Under the pieces are notes generated by a model. The model searched no databases. It was not told the DNA's origin and saw only the letters and a program-made list of their open reading frames with translations. Both the position numbers and the translations under genes were made by a program. A stretch of DNA of 64,000 nt from positions 28,853 through 92,852 of the forward strand of contig CAYOWS010000012.1 of NCBI GenBank assembly GCA_964407735.1, in the 5' to 3' direction. The DNA is from an uncultured Sphaerochaeta sp. (GTDB taxonomy: Bacteria > Spirochaetota > Spirochaetia > Sphaerochaetales > Sphaerochaetaceae). Positions 37,687-46,858 of the stretch are shown in pieces. Positions within the stretch are counted from its first letter, which is position 1, and every line of letters begins with the position of its first letter.

Positions 37687-39054
37687 ATGAAGATATTGAT
37701 TGTTGATGACGAACCGAACATCAGAGAACTCATGAGGAAGTATCTTGGTCTTGAAGGGATCGACAGCGATGGAGCGGAGAACGGATTCTCCGCGCAGCGT
37801 CTGCTGAAAGAGACTCCCTACGATGCCTGTCTGGTCGATTTGAAGATGCCGGGGATGGATGGTTTGCAGCTGATCATGTGGTTGCGTCAGGAGGGCTTCC
37901 GTATGCCCGTCATCATGATTTCCGCCCATGGCGAGATCAACGACGCCGTTTCCGCTTTGAAGGAAGGGGCCCAGGACTATATCGTGAAACCGTTTGATCC
38001 TGAGGAGCTGACCATCAGGCTGAAGAAGCTGGTCGAGGCCCAGAACCTGCGCAATCTGGTTGAATCGGAGTCCCGTGCCAATGAAGATGGCGGGCAGAGC
38101 GGTTTCATCGGGGATTCCCTGCCGATCAGAAAGATCAAGGAAGTGATCAGCCGCATAGCCGATAGTCCCGCGACGGTGTTGATCACCGGTGAAAGCGGTA
38201 CAGGCAAGGAGGTCGTCGCCCGGGCGATCCATGCTTCTTCGTTGTTGAAGGATGGCCCTTTCGTCGCGATCAATATCGGTGGTGTACCTGAGAATCTGTT
38301 GGAGAGCGAGTTGTTCGGATATGAGAAGGGCGCTTTCACCGGTGCTACGAGCCGCAAGCCGGGCATGTTCGAACTCGCTTCGGGAGGGACCTTGTTCCTC
38401 GATGAGATAGGTGATATGCCTCTGTCCCTTCAAGTGAAGATCCTTCGTGTATTGCAGGACCACAAGATCACCCGGTTGGGTGGAACGACTCCGATTCCTA
38501 TCAACGCAAGGATCATCGCGGCGACCAACAAGAATCTGGAGGACATGGTCCGTCAGGGGAAGTTCCGGGAGGATCTTTTCTATCGGCTGAACGTCGTGCG
38601 CATTGAGATTCCGCCGTTGAGGGACCGCAAGGATGATATCCCGACGCTTGTAGCGGGCATCATCCGCCGTTTGAACCGCCAGATGGGGCACAAGATCGAG
38701 GGGCTGTCCCCCGATGCCTTGGAGCTGCTCAAGCATCATAATTTCTACGGCAATGTCCGCGAGCTGGAAAACATTCTGGAACGGGCTGTCATTTTCGCCG
38801 ATGGTTCGCTGATCCGGGCCGATGACTTGGACCTGAGGGGTAGCGTTTCCCGTCCGGATAGTCAGTCATCTACGAATGTCGTCTACGCTGACTCCGCATC
38901 CAGTGACGCCCGCAGTCTCAAGGAGATGGAGGAGGATGCGATCATCCGGGCTCTGCATCGCTGGGAGGGGAACAGGACCCGTGCCGCGGAGGAACTCGGG
39001 ATCAGCCGCCGTACCTTGATCAACAAGATCGCTGAATACGAGCTCGACTTGTAG
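37687..39054 (+). CDS. Sigma-54-dependent response regulator (NtrC family)
   Basis: Receiver domain (ILIVDDEP...DLKMPGMDG), AAA+ core GESGTGKEVVA, the sigma-54 contact loop GAFTGA, and a C-terminal Fis-type HTH. Confidence 0.95.
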   Translation: MKILIVDDEPNIRELMRKYLGLEGIDSDGAENGFSAQRLLKETPYDACLVDLKMPGMDGLQLIMWLRQEGFRMPVIMISAHGEINDAVSALKEGAQDYIVKPFDPEELTIRLKKLVEAQNLRNLVESESRANEDGGQSGFIGDSLPIRKIKEVISRIADSPATVLITGESGTGKEVVARAIHASSLLKDGPFVAINIGGVPENLLESELFGYEKGAFTGATSRKPGMFELASGGTLFLDEIGDMPLSLQVKILRVLQDHKITRLGGTTPIPINARIIAATNKNLEDMVRQGKFREDLFYRLNVVRIEIPPLRDRKDDIPTLVAGIIRRLNRQMGHKIEGLSPDALELLKHHNFYGNVRELENILERAVIFADGSLIRADDLDLRGSVSRPDSQSSTNVVYADSASSDARSLKEMEEDAIIRALHRWEGNRTRAAEELGISRRTLINKIAEYELDL

Positions 39055-39157
39055 ATTTTGGGGGGAGGATTTTCCCTGTTATGCCAGGCCGCCGGTTTCC
39101 GACTGCCAGATACTGATAGTGCGGGAGCTGATCCTTGCGCTATCGGTTTTTTTGTGG

Positions 39158-39380
39158 TGACGAGTAGGAGTCGGCGTCAGGGTGGGCGTATGACGTAGAG
39201 GTGGAGATACGCCTGACATAGACCCACACAGAGACCCAGATATAGGGACATAGGGAGATACGCCTGACATAGACCCGGACATAGACCCAGAGATAGGGAC
39301 ATAAGGACATACGCCTGACATAGACCCAGACAGAGAAACGCACTTACAGCCATCTCGCTGACATATGGGCACATGGATGA
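39158..39380. repeat. Non-coding array of about 10-11-bp phased GACRTAG units; three copies of a 51-bp higher-order repeat
   Basis: ga(g/c)atacgcctgacatagaccc occurs at 39204, 39255 and 39306. All plus frames are closed by TAG and all minus frames are open. Confidence 0.85.
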
Positions 39381-39434
39381 CTTGCTGAACCTTTGCTGGT
39401 GACGTAGCTGTAGATTTCAACTGTTACCAGTCGA

Positions 39435-39502
39435 ATCAGCAAAAATACGTAAAAAAGTACTGCAAAAACACGTAAAAATAATCAGCAAAAACACGTAAAA
39501 AA
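39435..39502. repeat. Three direct repeats of about 22 bp (ATCAGCAAAAAYACGTAAAAAA)
   Basis: Copies at 39435-39456, 39459-39480 (variant ACTGCAAAAACACGTAAAAATA) and 39481-39502, immediately upstream of the ATPase gene leader. Confidence 0.85.
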
Positions 39503-39578
39503 TTGTATTCCATTGGTGGAAAATACGCTATAGTATGTGTATGTATGGAATTCAGTTTTCCATACGGAGGAACCTGCA

Positions 39579-40838
39579 ATGTACTTACCAAGATTGATAG
39601 ACACAATTATTCCGGACTATCTGGAGGCTTTCGGTGCTATTAGTATTCGTGGGCCAAAATGGTGTGGAAAGACAACCACTGCTTCTATGTTTTCGAAAAG
39701 CATGATTCAACTGCAAAGTTCCTCATATACGATGGACGATTTAAAAAATCCCGAGTTGATCATTCCTGTCGCATTGAGTGGTGAGCATCCACGTCTTATT
39801 GATGAATGGCAGACGCTGCCAGGTATCTGGGATGCAGTCAGAACAAAAATTGATACTGATCGTTTAAAAGGCGGATATATATTGACTGGTTCCGCAGTAC
39901 CTGCTGATGACGGCTATTTTCATAGCGGAATCGGGCGAATAGCAAGGTTGACCATGTATCCGATGAGCCTTTTCGAATCGCAAGATTCCAATGGGCAAAT
40001 ATCACTGATGGATTTGTTCAACGGAAAGACAGACTTTTCTGGTAACGTTTCCACACTATCCATCGCCCAACTTGCGTATGTCATTTGTCGTGGTGGATGG
40101 CCAAATACAACGGAACTCAAAGAACATCTCGCGTTATTGACTGCCCAGGAATATTACGCAGGGCTTTGCGAAAGTGATGTTTCCCGGGTGGATGGAGTCA
40201 AACGTAATCCTGAAAGAGTCGATGCAGTTCTTCGGTCTTATGCACGTAATATATCAACCTTTGCCACGAAGGAACTGATATATCAAGATGTATTGGCAAA
40301 TGATGTTACATTGTCTCTGAGTACTTTGAATAATTATATTGATGTGCTGACAAGATTATATGTCATCGAAGATATTCCTGCATGGAATCCCAATGTGCGA
40401 TCAAAAACCTCAATGCGTTCAGGGAACAAAAGAGGGTTTGTAGACCCCTCTCTCGCAGTTGCCGCTTTAGGGCTCAATCCAGACTCTCTCATGGCACAAT
40501 TGCGATATTTTGGTTTTCTCTTTGAGTCCCTTTGTATTCGTGACCTTCGTATTTATGCAATGTGCAATGATGGCCGAATTTCTTACTATCATGATAGGAA
40601 TAATCTAGAATGTGATGTGGTTATCCACCTTCGTGATGGTCGGTATGGCCTCATTGAAATTAAACTTGGTAGTGGTCAGATAGAGGATGGCGCCAGAAAT
40701 TTGACACGGTTGCGAACCCTTTTGATAGATAATGGATTCGAGCCTCCAACGTTCATGATGGTACTGACCGGGGGCCAGTTCGCCTATGAACGTGAGGATG
40801 GTGTGTTGGTCGTGCCTATCGGGTGTCTACGGAATTAG
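39579..40838 (+). CDS. AAA-type ATP-binding protein with DUF4143-like C-terminal domain
   Basis: Walker A GPKWCGKTT, Walker B-like RLIDEWQ, and C-terminal FLFESLCIRDLRIY...ECDVVI (restriction-endonuclease-like DUF4143 pattern). SD ggagg lies before the ATG at 39579. Confidence 0.85.
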   Translation: MYLPRLIDTIIPDYLEAFGAISIRGPKWCGKTTTASMFSKSMIQLQSSSYTMDDLKNPELIIPVALSGEHPRLIDEWQTLPGIWDAVRTKIDTDRLKGGYILTGSAVPADDGYFHSGIGRIARLTMYPMSLFESQDSNGQISLMDLFNGKTDFSGNVSTLSIAQLAYVICRGGWPNTTELKEHLALLTAQEYYAGLCESDVSRVDGVKRNPERVDAVLRSYARNISTFATKELIYQDVLANDVTLSLSTLNNYIDVLTRLYVIEDIPAWNPNVRSKTSMRSGNKRGFVDPSLAVAALGLNPDSLMAQLRYFGFLFESLCIRDLRIYAMCNDGRISYYHDRNNLECDVVIHLRDGRYGLIEIKLGSGQIEDGARNLTRLRTLLIDNGFEPPTFMMVLTGGQFAYEREDGVLVVPIGCLRN

Positions 40839-40961
40839 CTTCCATCCATGCCAGAGAATCATTCTATCTGTTGACTGGAAAGGACGCTCCCCGTACACTG
40901 ATTCTGCCAGAGCCAGGAAACGTTTCTTCTATCAGGCTTTGACATGAAGGAGTCTATTGAA

Positions 40962-42746
40962 ATGCAGACATTGCCGCGTTGGGACATCACCCCCATCTAC
41001 CCCGGAATCAAAAGTGACGAATTTCTCTCCGACCTCGCCCATATGGGTGAGCTTGCCGCTCAGCTTGACGTGTCGCTGGATGATGAATCCTCCCGTAAGG
41101 GCGACCTGACGAAATGGTTCTCAGAGGTCCTGACGATCTATCAGGACATGCTCGACCATCTGGAGACGCTGAACGCCTATGCCAGCGCCGTGCTTACCAC
41201 CGATACAGCGAATGTCGATGCCATGAACGGCTTGAACAAGGTCGAAGCGGCCGCTTTGCAGGTGCTGGCGGTGGACGTGAAGCTCCTCAATGCCTTGGCT
41301 GGTGAACAGGAGGGTATAGCGCGTTTGCTCAACACCGATGAACGTTTCAAACCGTATGCCTATGTGGTCAATGAATTGTTCAAAGCTCAGAAACACCAGA
41401 TGACGCCCGCGGAAGAGGCGTTGGCCGCCGATCTCAACAGAAGTGGCACCGATGCCTGGAGCCGGTTGCAGGAAGCCGTATCCTCGTCCGCCACCGCCGT
41501 GTGGGATGAATCTACAGGTGAGCGCAAGACGGTGATCCAGCTGCGTGCCATGGCTACCGATGCCGACCGTTCGGTCAGGGAGAAGGCGTATCATAAGGAA
41601 CTTGAAGTCTGGAAAGAACATGAAGTCGATATGGCCTATTCTCTGTGCGGCGTAAAGGGGACGACCATCACCCTTGACGGACGTCGTGGCTGGGCAGATC
41701 CGTTGGACCGCTCCATTTCGCAGGCCCGTATCGACAGAACCGTTCTCGACGCTCTGATACATACGCTGGAAAAAAGCCTGCCGATGTTCCGCAGGTTCCT
41801 CAGAGCCAAGGCCAGACTGCTTGGCGTGGAGCGTTGTGCGTTCTATGATCTGTTCGCTCCTGTGGGGACTTCCACGAAGAAATGGACGTTCGAGGAGGCG
41901 AGGGAGTTCATCATCCGTCAGTTCTCGGCGTTCAGCCCTGCGATGGGCGCGTTCGCGAAATCTGCGTTCGACCGGAACTGGATCGACGCGGAACCGCGGC
42001 CGGGCAAGGTCGGAGGGGCGTATGATACTGCGTTCCCGCTTCGCAAGCAGAGCCGTATCCTTTCCAACTTCGACTATAGTTTCTCTGGTGTCTCGACGTT
42101 GGCCCATGAACTTGGTCACGCCTATCATGACAGCGTCGTGCTCGGATACCCCTCATTGCTCAGGACCTATCCCATGACTTTGGCTGAGACGGCGTCGATC
42201 TTCAGTGAGTTCATCGTGTTCCAAGGTGCGTTGGCGGATAGTGACGAGACAGGCAAGATCACCTTGATAGAACATTTCATACAGGACGCCTGCCAGGTCT
42301 GTGTCGATATCCTCTGCCGTTTCTATTTTGAACGTGCTGTGTTCGCCCGCCGGAAGGAGGGGGATATCATGGCCGATGAATTCTGCTCGATGATGCTTGA
42401 CTGCCAGAAAAAGACTTATGGCGACGGACTCGATCCCGAAGCTTTGCATCCGTACATGTGGGCGGTCAAGGGACACTACTACAGTAGCGACCTCTCTTTC
42501 TACAATTATCCGTATGCGTTCGGACAACTGTTCGGGCTTGGGCTCTTTTCCCGAAGCAAAGGCGATGCTTCCTTCCCGGAAAACTATGTGAAGCTGCTAC
42601 GGAAGACAGGAAGCGATAGCGCGGTGAACGTGGCGGCTACCGCCGGTTGCGATATCACCAGCGAAGCTTTCTGGCAGGAGGGAATCGATATCATCACTTC
42701 CTACTGCGATCAATTCTGTGCTTTGGCCGAAGCTCAGGGGCGGTGA
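40962..42746 (+). CDS. pepF: M3B-family oligoendopeptidase F
   Basis: Zinc motif HELGHAYH with downstream ETASIFSE, and a length of about 595 aa. An alternative start at 40944 contains the SD for 40962. Confidence 0.9.
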   Translation: MQTLPRWDITPIYPGIKSDEFLSDLAHMGELAAQLDVSLDDESSRKGDLTKWFSEVLTIYQDMLDHLETLNAYASAVLTTDTANVDAMNGLNKVEAAALQVLAVDVKLLNALAGEQEGIARLLNTDERFKPYAYVVNELFKAQKHQMTPAEEALAADLNRSGTDAWSRLQEAVSSSATAVWDESTGERKTVIQLRAMATDADRSVREKAYHKELEVWKEHEVDMAYSLCGVKGTTITLDGRRGWADPLDRSISQARIDRTVLDALIHTLEKSLPMFRRFLRAKARLLGVERCAFYDLFAPVGTSTKKWTFEEAREFIIRQFSAFSPAMGAFAKSAFDRNWIDAEPRPGKVGGAYDTAFPLRKQSRILSNFDYSFSGVSTLAHELGHAYHDSVVLGYPSLLRTYPMTLAETASIFSEFIVFQGALADSDETGKITLIEHFIQDACQVCVDILCRFYFERAVFARRKEGDIMADEFCSMMLDCQKKTYGDGLDPEALHPYMWAVKGHYYSSDLSFYNYPYAFGQLFGLGLFSRSKGDASFPENYVKLLRKTGSDSAVNVAATAGCDITSEAFWQEGIDIITSYCDQFCALAEAQGR

Positions 42747-43945
42747 TGGATCGTTTCGATATCCGTGTGCGGAAACTGGTCCAAGGGGGTGATGGGTTCG
42801 CCCTCGCTCCCGATGGCCGGGCTGTGTTCATTGAAGGTGCTCTCTCCGATGAACTGGTCTCCTGCAAGGTGATTCAGGAGAAGAAAAGCTTTCTGCGTGC
42901 GGAACTCCTAGAAGTACTGGAACCCTCCCCTGATCGGGTCGTCCCCATCTGTCCCCATTACGGGGTCTGCGGGGGGTGCAATCTCATGCATCTGGCTTCC
43001 TCCGCCCAGGCTTCCGTCAAACGATCCATCGTCTTGGAAAACCTGAAACGCATCGGGGGATTGTCGTTTGATGATGGCCTAATTGTCGAAGAGGGTGCAG
43101 AAAATAACAGTGATAATCGCTATTGGGGATATCGAAGCAGGGTCAGGTTTCATGTTGATATCCAGTCGAAGGCGGTGGGTTTCCTTGGAGCGAAGAGCAA
43201 TGCCTTGGTCGATATACGGCACTGTCCCGTATTGGTCCCCCCGCTGGACGTTTTGTTGGATGAGCGACCGGATCCGCTTGTACGACAGGTCTTGGACCTG
43301 CCTGCCGTTTCTGGTCGTAGTCAGTGTCGCAGCTCACGAAAGGGCTCTGTCGCCCGGTATGCCGAGATACCGGTCCTTGCCGGTGATACAGCGCTGTCGT
43401 TTGGCCCGGAGAGTGTTCAAGTGACGGTTGCCGGGCATGTGTTCCATGTCGATTCCTCTGTGTTCTTCCAATCCAACCGTTTTGTGTTGCCTGAACTGAT
43501 CTCGTTTGTCACCAAGCAGGTGGTTGGGCCCCGTGTCATGGACCTGTATGCCGGGGTGGGTACGTTCAGCGCATTCCTTGAACCGATGGGCTTTGATGTT
43601 GTCGCGGTTGAACGGGACCCCCGTTGCCTTGAACTTGCCCGTCGCAACCTCTCCCGCACCGGTTTCTTTACCGGCGACGTGAAACATTGGGGTGCGGGGA
43701 GGCATATGACGGTGGATACCGTGGTAGTCGATCCTCCACGTGTCGGCTTGGATTCCGGCGTCCCGGAGATGATCGCATCCTGGCATCCCCAAAGGATCGT
43801 CTATGTCTCTTGTGATAGCGTCACGCTTGCCCGAGACTTGCAGAGATTCGTACAACAGGGGTATATTCCAAATAGCGTGAAAGTGTTTGATTTCTATCCG
43901 CAGACGTTCCATCAGGAAACCGTTCTGGTATTGGATAGAAAATAG
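42746..43945 (+). CDS. TRAM-domain 23S rRNA (uracil-C5)-methyltransferase (RlmD/RumA-like)
   Basis: TRAM N-domain, an Fe-S Cys cluster CPHYGVCGGCNLMH, SAM motif DLYAGVGTFS, and C-terminal VDPPRVG...VYVSCD. The start overlaps the pepF stop (TGATG). Confidence 0.85.
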   Translation: MDRFDIRVRKLVQGGDGFALAPDGRAVFIEGALSDELVSCKVIQEKKSFLRAELLEVLEPSPDRVVPICPHYGVCGGCNLMHLASSAQASVKRSIVLENLKRIGGLSFDDGLIVEEGAENNSDNRYWGYRSRVRFHVDIQSKAVGFLGAKSNALVDIRHCPVLVPPLDVLLDERPDPLVRQVLDLPAVSGRSQCRSSRKGSVARYAEIPVLAGDTALSFGPESVQVTVAGHVFHVDSSVFFQSNRFVLPELISFVTKQVVGPRVMDLYAGVGTFSAFLEPMGFDVVAVERDPRCLELARRNLSRTGFFTGDVKHWGAGRHMTVDTVVVDPPRVGLDSGVPEMIASWHPQRIVYVSCDSVTLARDLQRFVQQGYIPNSVKVFDFYPQTFHQETVLVLDRK

Positions 43946-43984
43946 AAGTCTCGCAGGCGCGGGATGGAACAAGCGAGGATTGAG

Positions 43985-45919
43985 ATGAAAGATGGCTTTG
44001 TAAGCTGTGCGGCGGTTTCTCCGAGTATCAAGGTCGCGGATTGTACCTACAATGGATCTCAGATCATGAAGGCTATCGACGCCGCTTGCGACAAGCAGGT
44101 GCGTCTGCTCGTATTTCCAGAACTTGCCGTAACCGGATACACCTGCGCCGACCTGTTCCTGCAACAGACGCTGATACAGTCTGCGGAGCGGACTTTGCTG
44201 AAGATCATCGCCCATACCGAAGGCAAGCAGATGGTCGTTGTCGTCGGTGTCCCTCTCGCCTATGGGGCCAAACTCTATAATTGCGCCGCGGTCGTCTGCG
44301 ACGGTGAACTGCTTGGCGTGGTCCCCAAGACGAATCTTCCCAACTACCAGGAGTTCTATGAACGCCGCTGGTTCAATCCCGCGCCCGCTGAACTTGGAAC
44401 GGTCCTTGTCGGCGGAGTGGAGTTTCCTTTCGGTCGGAACCTGTTGTTCCGTTGCGAGGACATGCCCGGTTTCTGTCTCGCCGTCGAAGTCTGCGAAGAT
44501 CTGTGGGTGCCATGCCCCCCTTCCATTTCCCATGCGCAGGCTGGGGCGACCATCATAGCCAATGTGTCGGCGAGCGACGAGACTGCCGGCAAGGCCGAAT
44601 ACCGAAAAGCCTTGGTCGAAGGGCAGTCCGCCCGTTTGCTTTGCGGATATATATACAGCGATACCGGCGACGGTGAATCCACGACCGACCTGGTGTTCAT
44701 CGGCAACGACCTGATCTGTGAAGACGGCATCTGTCTCGCGGAACACGCCTTGTCTCCCGATGCCTTGCTGATTTCCGAAATAGATGTGCAGAAACTGACA
44801 TTGGAGCGTCGCCGCCTGACGACGTTCGATGAACAGCCTCAGCGTGATGATTATTTTGAGATCGCTTTCAGACTTCCTGTACTGCCATGTCCTTTGACCC
44901 GGACCATCGTGAAGATGCCTTTTGTGCCAGCGGAAGGTTCCGACAGAGCCCGCCGCTGCGAGACGATCCTGACCTTGCAGGCGTTGGGGTTGAAAAAGAG
45001 ACTGGAACATACCAATGCGGAGACCGCTGTGGTCGGACTTTCCGGAGGTCTTGATTCCACGTTGGCGTTGCTGGTCACAGTGAGGGCCTTTGACCTGCTT
45101 GGCTGGGATCGGAGTCGGATCATCGCGATCACGATGCCGGGCTTCGGTACGACGAAACGGACCAAAGGGAACGCCGAGACACTTGCGGAAGCGCTGGGAG
45201 CTACACTGAAGGTCGTGGATATCAGCGAATCAGTCCGTCTCCACTTCTCCGATATCGGGCATGACCCTGAAAAGCTTGACGTGACCTATGAGAACAGCCA
45301 GGCACGGGAGCGTACCCAGGTGCTGATGGATATCGCCAACCAGCGCAACGGTCTGGTGATCGGTACGGGGGACCTTTCCGAACTGGCGTTGGGGTGGGCG
45401 ACCTACAATGGCGATCATATGTCGATGTATGGGGTGAACGCCTCGATACCCAAGACTTTGGTCAGGTACTTGGTCCGTCATGTGGCGGATCTCAGCGCGC
45501 CGGTCTTGAAACAGGTCCTCCATGATATCCTCGATACACCGGTCAGTCCTGAATTGCTCCCCGCCGCGGAAGATGGTACGATCAGCCAGGTGACGGAGGA
45601 TATCGTCGGGCCTTATGAGCTTCACGATTTCTTCCTCTACCAGATCATCAGGTGGGGCTTCTCTCCGGCGAAAGTCCTGCGACTGGCCCTGTATGCATTC
45701 GACGCTGTCTATGACGCCACGACCATCCAGAAATGGTTGAAGAAGTTCTACTGGAGATTCTTCTCCCAGCAGTTCAAGCGTTCCTGCCTGCCTGATGGTC
45801 CGAAAGTGGGTTCGGTGACATTGTCCCCGCGTGGAGATTGGAGAATGCCGAGCGACGCTTCAGTATCTGTATGGATGCAGGAACTTGAGGCCGCATGCTC
45901 CGATTCTGACCCCGCCTGA
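43985..45919 (+). CDS. nadE: Glutamine-dependent NAD+ synthetase
   Basis: N-terminal nitrilase/CN-hydrolase domain (FPELAVTGYTCADLF, EVCEDLW) and a C-terminal NAD synthetase domain with the SGGLDS P-loop. Confidence 0.9.
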   Translation: MKDGFVSCAAVSPSIKVADCTYNGSQIMKAIDAACDKQVRLLVFPELAVTGYTCADLFLQQTLIQSAERTLLKIIAHTEGKQMVVVVGVPLAYGAKLYNCAAVVCDGELLGVVPKTNLPNYQEFYERRWFNPAPAELGTVLVGGVEFPFGRNLLFRCEDMPGFCLAVEVCEDLWVPCPPSISHAQAGATIIANVSASDETAGKAEYRKALVEGQSARLLCGYIYSDTGDGESTTDLVFIGNDLICEDGICLAEHALSPDALLISEIDVQKLTLERRRLTTFDEQPQRDDYFEIAFRLPVLPCPLTRTIVKMPFVPAEGSDRARRCETILTLQALGLKKRLEHTNAETAVVGLSGGLDSTLALLVTVRAFDLLGWDRSRIIAITMPGFGTTKRTKGNAETLAEALGATLKVVDISESVRLHFSDIGHDPEKLDVTYENSQARERTQVLMDIANQRNGLVIGTGDLSELALGWATYNGDHMSMYGVNASIPKTLVRYLVRHVADLSAPVLKQVLHDILDTPVSPELLPAAEDGTISQVTEDIVGPYELHDFFLYQIIRWGFSPAKVLRLALYAFDAVYDATTIQKWLKKFYWRFFSQQFKRSCLPDGPKVGSVTLSPRGDWRMPSDASVSVWMQELEAACSDSDPA

Positions 45920-46127
45920 TGATAGAATCCTTCACTCTTTGACAAGTTTAAAATAAGAGGTTATTCAAGTTCCTGAACAATCTCTCTGAATCTGTCGTTT
46001 TTACTGTATATATCACAAATTCTACCAAAAAGATGTATCCTAATATCTATTCAGATGTTATATAATTACAATATGAGATAGCAATCAGTATTTTCCATAT
46101 GCCTGGTTGCGGGGATAGTTTGACGAT

Positions 46128-46814
46128 ATGAAGAAGACGGCGTTGCTTTTGGCTGCGTTATTGCTGTTGCTGCCTATGGTGCTAGGCGCCCGGGACCTGT
46201 TCGACATGCGTCTCGGTTTTACAGGAATATACGTCGAGCCGACGGTTTCGGTCGATGGGGAAGACCCTGATGGTTTTTTCGAAGGGATCGGAGATGGTAA
46301 GAACTGGGGATTCGGTGGTGAGCTGTCGATGCGGCTTTCCGTGGTCCGCCTGTCCGCGACTTTATTTTCGACGCAGCTTCCGACTCAGGGGAGTGGAGAG
46401 GGCGTGGCCGTCACACAGTCCATGACAAGCGGCATCAGGATGCTGACCACATTGGGAATCAGCCTGCCGATCATCAATAACTATCTGGATCTGGAGGTTG
46501 GAACTGGATTGGGAATGAGATTCATGCTGCCGAAGACTGGCGAGGCCTATTGCGCTTTCCCCGTCTATGGCAGTGACGGTGGCTATGTCAGGATTCCGAT
46601 GTCGTCGGTCACCTTCATGGATGTGCTGAAGAAATCCCCTTGGCATTTCCGTGTCGGATTGGACTTGACTATTGGACCATTTGGTATCGGGGCTTTCTAT
46701 CTGATGGAGACGAAAGCCACGATCGAAGGATTCAGCGCCTCGGGTGGCTGGTCCAGGTTGTTCCAGCAGAATACCGGTTCGTTGGGGGTCGGCATCACGC
46801 TGTCGTTGTTCTAG
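46128..46814 (+). CDS. Small secreted beta-barrel-like protein, paralog 1 of 4
   Basis: Signal peptide MKKTALLLAALLLLLPMVLGA. Shared motifs are NWGFGGELSMRL and GIGAFY, with a C-terminal ...LSLF. Confidence 0.7.
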   Translation: MKKTALLLAALLLLLPMVLGARDLFDMRLGFTGIYVEPTVSVDGEDPDGFFEGIGDGKNWGFGGELSMRLSVVRLSATLFSTQLPTQGSGEGVAVTQSMTSGIRMLTTLGISLPIINNYLDLEVGTGLGMRFMLPKTGEAYCAFPVYGSDGGYVRIPMSSVTFMDVLKKSPWHFRVGLDLTIGPFGIGAFYLMETKATIEGFSASGGWSRLFQQNTGSLGVGITLSLF

Positions 46815-46858
46815 AAAATCACTAACCATCCGTGGATGGATATTTTTAGGAGTTTGAA

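Noticed and set aside
36487-38739. 750-aa ORF on the minus strand
   Set aside because: It lies entirely antisense to the histidine kinase and sigma-54 regulator genes, which carry unmistakable H-box/G-box and GESGTGKE/GAFTGA motifs. Its translation is R/G/D/H/L/Q-rich and has no recognisable motif. It is a typical shadow frame in GC-biased coding DNA.
39079-39420. Three overlapping minus-strand ORFs (113, 67 and 65 aa) with SGSMSGVSPYVPISG-type repeats
   Set aside because: All three minus frames are open simultaneously because the repeat unit lacks TTA/CTA/TCA on the plus strand. There is no SD, the start would be TTG, and the same units recur in other intergenic regions in both orientations. 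I treat the stretch as non-coding repeat DNA.
39158-39502. Possible CRISPR array
   Set aside because: The repeat periods are 11, 22-24 and 51 bp, with no unique spacers of 25-40 bp between conserved repeats. There are no cas genes in the window.
43334-45010. 558-aa ORF on the minus strand
   Set aside because: It is antisense to the methyltransferase and nadE genes, which have clear family motifs. It is low-complexity and lacks an SD-linked start.
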